Below are positions 1-5,733 of a stretch of 10,639 bases of DNA, piece after piece; position 1 is the stretch's first letter, and every line of letters begins with the position of its first letter. The notes under the pieces are model-generated. The model made no database searches, had not been told where the DNA came from, and saw only the letters and a program-made list of their open reading frames with translations. Both the position numbers and the translations under genes were made by a program. The DNA is from Candidatus Cryosericum sp. (GTDB taxonomy: Bacteria; Caldisericota; Caldisericia; Cryosericales; Cryosericaceae), in assembly GCA_049699855.1 (NCBI GenBank), contig JBNAWM010000051.1:1-10639 (forward strand). The letters run 5' to 3'.

Positions 1-474
1 GCACAGCGCGCCGTGCAGGCTGCCCGAATGGCAAACGCCGCCGTTATTCATGTTACACGTGGGCATCGACCCACCGGGATCGACATCGACTTCGCCCGCC
101 GGCAGGTCTTCGCACAGTCAGGAGGGCTTCTCGTGACGAACACTCCGGGGGCAGAGGAGGTACCAGAGCTGGCCCCCGCTTTGGAAGATCTGGTTGTGGT
201 CAAGAAACGGTGGTCGGCCTTCTTCGCAACCGATCTTGATCTGCTTCTACGCCGGCTTGCCATCCGCCAGGTCGTCCTTGCCGGTGTCCAGACACCCAAC
301 TGCATCCGGGCAACGGCCATGGACGCGCTTTCACTGGACTATGCAACGACTGTCCTCTCAGATGCCACTGCCTCCCAAACCGACGCGGTTCAGGCAGCAA
401 ACCTCGCCGACATGGCTGCCATGGGCATCACGATCGAGGCCACTCTTCAGTTCGTGCAATCACTGGGCCTGTAG
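1..474 (+). CDS. Isochorismatase-family cysteine hydrolase (5'-truncated at window edge)
   Basis: Frame is open from base 1 to TAG at 472-474. Family motifs are KKRWSAF (catalytic Lys), TDLDLLLR, GVQTPNCIRATAMDA (catalytic Cys) and VLSDATAS. The N-terminal Asp motif lies upstream of the window. Confidence 0.9.
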   Translation, partial: AQRAVQAARMANAAVIHVTRGHRPTGIDIDFARRQVFAQSGGLLVTNTPGAEEVPELAPALEDLVVVKKRWSAFFATDLDLLLRRLAIRQVVLAGVQTPNCIRATAMDALSLDYATTVLSDATASQTDAVQAANLADMAAMGITIEATLQFVQSLGL

Positions 475-487
475 CCCATCACGTGCG

Positions 488-1762
488 CTATCGCAGGTAG
501 TCGATGCGATGCGGTGAGTCTGCCAGGAGAACACGTGTGTCGGCCGGGGTCGTCCGCGCAACAACCTTTCCCTTGCTGAGCACAACCCGGGCCACCGACT
601 GTCGCCGCAGAGCATCCAGCTCGTCCAGAGCATCCAGGACGACCAGGTCCGCCGGCTTCCCCACCTCGATCCCATACGAGTCCGAGATGTGCAAGGTCCG
701 CGCCCCTGCATCGGTAACCATGTGAAACACCGAACGCATCTCTTCTCGACCGGTCATCTGAGCAATGTGCACGGCCATGTGGGCCACATCCAGCATACTG
801 CCCGTCCCCATCGGATACCACGGATCCAGGATGTCGTCGTGGCCCAGGCTGACATTAATCCCCATTGCTGCCAATTCTTTAACCCGCGTCATGCCCCGCC
901 GCTTCGGATACGTGTCGAAGCGTCCCTGCAAATGAATGTTCACCAGTGGATTCGCGACGAAGTTGAGGCCGCTTCTTGAGGCGAACCTCAGGAGCCTTGA
1001 AGCATAGGCTCCATTGTAACTGTGCATGGCGGTCGTGTGGCTTGCCGTCACCCGGTCACGCATGCCGGTGCGGAGCGCCATGGCCGACATGACTTCCACA
1101 AAGCGCGACTGCTCATCGTCGATTTCATCGCAATGCACGTCGATCAGCTTGTCGTACTTCTCTGCCAGCCTGAAAACGATGCCCAGCGACTCCACACCAT
1201 CCTCGCGCGTCAGCTCATAGTGCGGGATGCCTCCCACCACATCAGCACCGAGGCGCAACGCCTCTTCCAGCAGTCCGGCACCGCCCTCAAACCCAAGGAT
1301 GCCGTCCTGTGGAAATGCCACCAGCTGGATATCCACAAGGGGCGCCATCGTCCGCCGCACCTCGATGAGTGCCCGCAGGGCAGTCAGTTTTGGATCACAG
1401 ATGTCCACGTGTGAACGAATGTGCAGAATGCCGTGCGAAACCTGCCACTCGACTGCTTTGGTGGCACGACGGACAACGTCCTCCTCGGTAAGCAGTGCCT
1501 TCCGTTCGGACCAGCGTTCGATCCCCTCAAACAACGTGCCGCTCTCGTTCCATCTGGGCTCACCTGCCGTCAGGGTTGTATCCAGGTGGACATGTGATTC
1601 CACAAAGGGCGGAGTCACAAAGCATCCTTCTGCATCAATCGTCTCACGAGCATCGACCGGCAGAGCAGTTCCCATCTCTACAAATCTGCCACTGTCAACG
1701 GCGATATCGGTGAGCGCCCCGTCTGCCTGCAGCCTGGCGTTGCGAACAACAAGGTCAAGCAT
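488..1762 (-). CDS. codA: Cytosine deaminase (amidohydrolase superfamily, CodA-type)
   Basis: Motifs HVHLDTTLTAGEPRWNESGTLFEGIERW, VAFPQDG, DVHCDEIDDEQSRF, ASHTTAMHSYN, LQGRFDTYPKRRG and GHDDILDPWYP match bacterial CodA. Start placed at ATG 1762 (MLDLVVRNA), with RBS AGGAGA at 1776-1771. Confidence 0.93.
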   Translation of the reverse strand: MLDLVVRNARLQADGALTDIAVDSGRFVEMGTALPVDARETIDAEGCFVTPPFVESHVHLDTTLTAGEPRWNESGTLFEGIERWSERKALLTEEDVVRRATKAVEWQVSHGILHIRSHVDICDPKLTALRALIEVRRTMAPLVDIQLVAFPQDGILGFEGGAGLLEEALRLGADVVGGIPHYELTREDGVESLGIVFRLAEKYDKLIDVHCDEIDDEQSRFVEVMSAMALRTGMRDRVTASHTTAMHSYNGAYASRLLRFASRSGLNFVANPLVNIHLQGRFDTYPKRRGMTRVKELAAMGINVSLGHDDILDPWYPMGTGSMLDVAHMAVHIAQMTGREEMRSVFHMVTDAGARTLHISDSYGIEVGKPADLVVLDALDELDALRRQSVARVVLSKGKVVARTTPADTRVLLADSPHRIDYLR

Positions 1763-2501
1763 TGCCGTTTTCTCCTGCAAGGGCTTCTACCGCCATCCGC
1801 GGATCATTGCTGATGATCGTCTCGACACCGGAGGCTGCAAAGTGCCGCACCAGAACGCTGAGGTCGACCGGCCATGGCGCGATAGCTAACCCGGCATCAT
1901 GCACCTCGTGAACGAGGGCATCCAGCGTATTCAGCACAAACGGGTGAATTGCAGTCGCTCCCAGCTCCCGCGCCGCCGCGACCACATCTGGAGCCTTGAT
2001 GAGCCATGGTGCATACAACAGCCCGGTCCGTGCGGTGGCATCCAGTTTTCGAATGACACCCATGCTCTGGAGATTGAACGAGGAATACACGACGTTTACC
2101 GAGAACTTGTTTACCAGCTCGAGCAAACGCTGCTCCATCCCCTCGTATGGAACTTCCGAGTTCTTCAGTTCGATGTTGAGCGTCGCCCGGGTACCATCGA
2201 AGACTTCCAGAACTTCCCGCATGGTAGGGATGGACTCGTAGTGCAGAGGTCCGGGAAAGCGAATGCCGGCATCCAGCTTTCGCAGTTCAACAAGACTGAA
2301 GTCCTTGACCCATCCGGTGCCATCGGTTGTTCGATCCACTTTCTCATCGTGGATGACAACGAGCTCACCATCCCTGGTCATCTGCACATCGCATTCTGCA
2401 CCATCCACCCCATGGTCCAGATCGTCACGGACCAGCGCAAACGAAGCAATCGTGTTCTCGGGTGCCAGTCGCGGCTCCCCCCTGTGTCCCAATATCAGCA
2501 T
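1755..2501 (-). CDS. Glycerophosphodiester phosphodiesterase (GDPD, UgpQ/GlpQ-like, cytoplasmic)
   Basis: Motifs GHRG, APENT, ECDVQMTRDGELVVIHD, IPTMREVL and NIELK. RBS GGGAGGTG at 2514-2507. No signal peptide. Stop codon overlaps the codA start by 8 bp. Confidence 0.93.
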   Translation of the reverse strand: MLILGHRGEPRLAPENTIASFALVRDDLDHGVDGAECDVQMTRDGELVVIHDEKVDRTTDGTGWVKDFSLVELRKLDAGIRFPGPLHYESIPTMREVLEVFDGTRATLNIELKNSEVPYEGMEQRLLELVNKFSVNVVYSSFNLQSMGVIRKLDATARTGLLYAPWLIKAPDVVAAARELGATAIHPFVLNTLDALVHEVHDAGLAIAPWPVDLSVLVRHFAASGVETIISNDPRMAVEALAGENGNA

Positions 2502-2559
2502 AGCGCCACCTCCCTGTCCACGGTCCGGTCACCATCTGGTGCAATCCAGCCGTTACCCT

Positions 2560-2587
2560 ATCATAGCTCCAAACACTTGTCAGGCAA
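2560..2587 (-). promoter_or_regulatory. Putative sigma70-type promoter for GDPD-codA
   Basis: Minus strand TTGCCT (2587-2582) - 16 bp - TATGAT (2565-2560), about 60 bp upstream of the GDPD start. Confidence 0.55.
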
Positions 2588-2684
2588 CCTGGCGCCCGCG
2601 GAGCAACGACGGTTGTCCACCTTCTTCCCCATGCATCCGGACAGCCAACTGCTTCATGGATACTGGAGATTGCCGTCCATGTCG

Positions 2685-2712
2685 TTGACAACCGGTATCA
2701 CCGCACTATCCT
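2685..2712 (+). promoter_or_regulatory. Putative sigma70-type promoter for gabT
   Basis: TTGACA (2685-2690) - 16 bp - TATCCT (2707-2712). RBS GGGAGG at 2763-2768 precedes ATG 2774. Confidence 0.6.
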
Positions 2713-2773
2713 GAGGATACCCGAGAAAACGAAGCGCAAAGCCGTTTTCGTCGAGAAAATATGGGAGGTTATC

Positions 2774-4090
2774 ATGGGAACGTTCATATCACTCAAGACG
2801 GCAATTCCTGGGCCAAAGTCCCTTGAACTTGCCAAGAGGGAGGCCAAAGTTGTCGCCGCACCCATGTGCGATGCCCTTTCGCCTGCCTGGATCGCTGAGG
2901 GACATGGTGCGCTGGTAACCGACGTCGATGGCAACACGTTCATCGACCTTACAGGCGGCTGGGGCTGTATGGCAGTTGGTCACTCACATCCACGCGTGGC
3001 CGCCGCCATCAAAGATCAGGCAGACCACTTCCTGCACACAGACTTCACGGCGGTCCCCTATGAACCGTATGTAACGGTGTGCGAGAAGCTGGTCAAGCTC
3101 GCCCCCGGTGACTTCGAGAAGTCGGTGGCTCTGTTCAACAATGGCGCCGAGGCGATTGAGAACGCAGTTAAGATCGCACGGTACACAACAGGCAGGACCG
3201 GGGTCGTCGTGTTCGACCGGGCCTTTCACGGACGCACCCTCCTCACCATGACCATGACGCACAAAGCGCACCCGTACAAGGATGGCTTTGGACCGTTTGC
3301 TCCCGATGTCTACCGGATGCCCTTCATCACACCCTATGACCCATCCATCGGCATCAATGAGTGGGAGAAACTGCTGACGACCTACGTGGATCCTTCTACG
3401 GTAGCTTGTTTCGTCGTGGAACCCATCCAGGGTGAAGGCGGTTTCCGCGTCCCCTCCGACGGTTTCCTTGAAATGCTGCGCGAAGTCTCGAAGAAGTACG
3501 GGATCCTCCTCATTGCAGATGAGATACAAGCTGGCGTCGGCCGCACGGGCAAGTTCTTCTCCATCGAAAACTGGAACGTCGTCCCAGACATGATCTGCTC
3601 CGCCAAGTCGCTTGCAGCCGGTATGCCCCTCTCTGCGGTCATCGCTCGCAAGGAGATCATGGACAAGCTCCCGGGCAGCAGTATCGGCGGCACCTATGTC
3701 GGCAATCCAGTGGCATGCCGCGCGGCATCAGAAGTCATCGATATTATCGAGGATGAACACCTGCTGGATCGCGCACTTGCCATCGGCAAACTCATTCGCA
3801 ACCATTGGAATGTCTGGAAGGACAAGTACGAGATCATTGGAGATGTGCGTGGCATCGGCGCGATGCAGGCCCTCGAGTTCGTCAAGGACCGCGCGACGCA
3901 CGAACCAGCAACCATGCTCAATGGGCAGATCATCAAGGAGTGCCTTCGTAATGGCGTTCTCGTCGCAGGGTCGGGCATCTATGGCAACTGCATCCGCATG
4001 CTGGTCTCGCTCGAGATCACCGACGATCAATTGAATGAGGCACTCACGGTCATGGAAGCAGCGGTCGCTCACGCGAACGCGTCGCGCTAG
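2774..4090 (+). CDS. gabT: Class III PLP aminotransferase, 4-aminobutyrate/5-aminovalerate aminotransferase-like
   Basis: Motifs DVDGNTFID, NNGAEAIENAVKIAR, AFHGRT, VEPIQGEGGF, IADEIQAGVGRTG, SAKSLAAGMPLS (PLP Lys), GGTYVGNP and NCIRML. FHGRT and GEGG are typical of GabT-type omega-aminotransferases. The exact substrate is inferred. Confidence 0.85.
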   Translation: MGTFISLKTAIPGPKSLELAKREAKVVAAPMCDALSPAWIAEGHGALVTDVDGNTFIDLTGGWGCMAVGHSHPRVAAAIKDQADHFLHTDFTAVPYEPYVTVCEKLVKLAPGDFEKSVALFNNGAEAIENAVKIARYTTGRTGVVVFDRAFHGRTLLTMTMTHKAHPYKDGFGPFAPDVYRMPFITPYDPSIGINEWEKLLTTYVDPSTVACFVVEPIQGEGGFRVPSDGFLEMLREVSKKYGILLIADEIQAGVGRTGKFFSIENWNVVPDMICSAKSLAAGMPLSAVIARKEIMDKLPGSSIGGTYVGNPVACRAASEVIDIIEDEHLLDRALAIGKLIRNHWNVWKDKYEIIGDVRGIGAMQALEFVKDRATHEPATMLNGQIIKECLRNGVLVAGSGIYGNCIRMLVSLEITDDQLNEALTVMEAAVAHANASR

Positions 4091-4115
4091 CTTCTGAGCC
4101 TCACTGAAACGTTTT

Positions 4116-4150
4116 AAGAAGGGCCGGGGCACCTGCCCCGTCCCTTTCTA
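4116..4150. terminator. Probable bidirectional intrinsic terminator between gabT and dtd
   Basis: Hairpin AAGGG-C-CGGGGC-[ACCT]-GCCCCG-T-CCCTT with T-rich sequence after it (TTTCTATTT) and A-rich sequence before it (AAGAA). It lies between the convergent stop codons at 4090 and 4156. Confidence 0.8.
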
Positions 4151-4155
4151 TTTCG

Positions 4156-4626
4156 TCAGCCGCCCTGTGGTGACCGCTTCTTGCGGCTGTCCGTCTCAAC
4201 GATGATTGTCACGGGTCCGTCGTTCACGAGACTGACCTCCATATGCGCACCGAAGACTCCAGTCTGTACGTCAAATCCCCGCTCACGCAATCCAGAACAC
4301 ACCTGCTGGTACACCAACTCAGCCTCGTCCCCTGAGGCTGCGCCCATGAAGCTCGGCCTGTTGCCGCGTGCCACGTCTCCATACAGCGTGAATTGGCTCA
4401 CAATCAGGAATGACCCCTGAACATCGGCCACCGAACGGTTCATCAGCCCATCCATATCTGAAAAGATACGCAGGCCGCTGAACTTGCGCACCATGAAGGC
4501 GATGTCTTCTGGTCCGTCATCGGGGGCAACAGCAAGCAGTACCAGCAGTCCCCGCCCAATCTGTCCCACCACCCTGCCTTCCACAACAACCGACGCACTC
4601 GTGACCCTCTGCACCACCGCTCTCAT
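4156..4626 (-). CDS. dtd: D-aminoacyl-tRNA deacylase (DTD1)
   Basis: MRAVVQRV N-terminus, LRIFSD, SQFTLYG, GNRPSF, TGVFGAHMEVSLVNDGPVT (Gly-cisPro motif). ATG at 4626 with AGGGGG upstream. Confidence 0.97.
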   Translation of the reverse strand: MRAVVQRVTSASVVVEGRVVGQIGRGLLVLLAVAPDDGPEDIAFMVRKFSGLRIFSDMDGLMNRSVADVQGSFLIVSQFTLYGDVARGNRPSFMGAASGDEAELVYQQVCSGLRERGFDVQTGVFGAHMEVSLVNDGPVTIIVETDSRKKRSPQGG

Positions 4627-4661
4627 GTTCAACCCCCTGCATCAACTGCCATCCTCTATTC

Positions 4662-4689
4662 ATATTACCACCAACGCCCCCAACGCGAA
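4662..4689 (-). promoter_or_regulatory. Possible extended -10 promoter for dtd
   Basis: Minus strand TG-G-TAATAT (-10 at 4667-4662), with a weak -35 TTCGCG (4689-4684) at 16 bp spacing. Confidence 0.35.
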
Positions 4690-4703
4690 TGGCACACCCA
4701 CGG

Positions 4704-4731
4704 TTGACACCAGGGTCCTTCCCGCTATACT
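4704..4731 (+). promoter_or_regulatory. Sigma70-type promoter of the tRNA-Ala gene
   Basis: TTGACA (4704-4709) - 16 bp - TATACT (4726-4731), ending 23 bp before the tRNA. Confidence 0.8.
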
Positions 4732-4754
4732 TTTCTTGTTCGTTCGTCAATCGT

Positions 4755-4830
4755 GGGGATATAGCTCAGCTGGGAGAGCGCCTGCATGGCATGCAGGAGG
4801 TCGGGGGTTCGAGCCCCCCTATCTCCACCA
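4755..4830 (+). tRNA. tRNA-Ala (anticodon GGC)
   Basis: 76 nt cloverleaf. Acceptor stem GGGGATA/TATCTCC with G3:U70, D-arm AGCTCAGCTGGGAGAGC, anticodon arm CCTGC-AT-GGC-AT-GCAGG (GGC at 4788-4790, A32-U38), T-loop GGTTCGAGCC, discriminator A73 and encoded CCA. Confidence 0.98.
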
Positions 4831-5071
4831 CTCAATGACCAACGTCGTACATGTCCTCCCTGCTTGCTCGGGCACCCATCGCCTTTGTTCATCTCATGCC
4901 TGGACTGCATCTCATCTCATTTTGCCCGGTTCTCTGGGCACGGGCCATCATATTCCACGGCATGAGTGTTTCGGCCTTGAAGTGTCAATGCGAAAAACGG
5001 ACACAGTGATGCAGGACCGCAATGACGCATAGGTATGCAATAACGGCAAGGAGTCAGCTTACGCCAGGGGC

Positions 5072-5491
5072 TCAGGCCGTGCCGAATGGCTCTGCACTCA
5101 CCGCACTCTGCAGGAGCTCGCGAATACGGGCCTCTGGTTCGTCGCCAAGCTTTATCCCATGGCGAAGAATCCGGAAGTAGACCTGCTCCCCGTAGGAGCG
5201 CCTCAGAACAGCCCTAATGGAAGCATTCAACCGCTGGCCCGTCATCCCTTCCAGCACCTTGAACCCCGCAAGTGGCACTCGCCAGTTGTGAGCATCATCG
5301 TCCCAGGCCTTGGGGTCAGGTTTGAACCTGGCGCCTGAGACGTCCGCAGTGACAACGCCCTCGAGCGCCACCAGCACTACGACCGCCTCACCAACGGTCC
5401 AGTCGACAGATCGAATCTTCGAATCGTCCCAAACACCGTCGGCACTCATGGTTCGGACCTTGCGCCAGCTCTCCAGCGTCACTACTCTCAT
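5072..5491 (-). CDS. Hypothetical protein (~139 aa), EVE/PUA-like by eye
   Basis: Likely start is ATG 5491 (MRVVTLESW), with GGGAGAG at 5502-5496, the same RBS as the gene at 7231. The pattern W..(GVW)..VGEAVVVLV..VTADVSG..F...AWDDD..WRVPL...KVL resembles EVE domains. The domain call is an unverified inference. Confidence 0.6.
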   Translation of the reverse strand: MRVVTLESWRKVRTMSADGVWDDSKIRSVDWTVGEAVVVLVALEGVVTADVSGARFKPDPKAWDDDAHNWRVPLAGFKVLEGMTGQRLNASIRAVLRRSYGEQVYFRILRHGIKLGDEPEARIRELLQSAVSAEPFGTA

Positions 5492-5606
5492 GTCGCTCTC
5501 CCGTCTGCCAGACAGACCTTCCGGAGGGTCGCAACGCGTCCAACCGTGCAAGCCCGCCTTGCCCGCATCAGGTTCACCGTGCTCAAATCTTCCATTTCTG
5601 GTTGCC

Positions 5607-5612
5607 ATTATA
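5607..5612 (-). promoter_or_regulatory. Possible -10 box (TATAAT) for the EVE-like gene
   Basis: Perfect TATAAT on the minus strand about 115 bp upstream of ATG 5491. No convincing -35. Confidence 0.35.
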
Positions 5613-5688
5613 CTCCCGATCAACTCAGACCACTTCACTTGTTCAACTGTGGCAGGACGAGTGCGCTTCTGTGCATGTGAGACTTTTT

Positions 5689-5698
5689 TGATATACTG
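5689..5698 (+). promoter_or_regulatory. Extended -10 promoter (TGnTATACT) for the MFS transporter
   Basis: TGATATACTG at 5689-5698, upstream of RBS AGGAGAG (5722-5728) and ATG 5734. The identical 10-mer occurs at 7863-7872. Confidence 0.55.
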
Positions 5699-5733
5699 GC
5701 TACTGATCGTATTCTGAAAACAGGAGAGCCACG

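Noticed and set aside
1899..2714. 271-aa plus-strand ORF and other long overlapping ORFs (1227-1889, 4484-5032, 8906-9697)
   Set aside because: They overlap confidently assigned genes or the tRNA and show no family motifs.
2713..2760. GCGCAAAGCC resembling the c-di-GMP-I riboswitch core (GACGCAAAGCC)
   Set aside because: The upstream GGCAAACC/GAAA stem and the downstream second stem are missing, and the leader is too short.
2774..4626. Class III PLP racemase/epimerase paired with dtd as a D-amino-acid module
   Set aside because: The enzyme keeps the FHGRT and GEGG residues of GabT-type transaminases, and the two genes are convergent and separated by a terminator.
4983..4988. TTGACA on the minus strand as an antisense promoter toward the tRNA
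   Set aside because: No -10-like hexamer lies 16-18 bp downstream.
5540..5590. GAACCTGAT on the minus strand resembling a TPP riboswitch
   Set aside because: No UGAGA motif, the P5 stem cannot pair, there is no closing AGGGA, and the downstream gene has no thiamine link.
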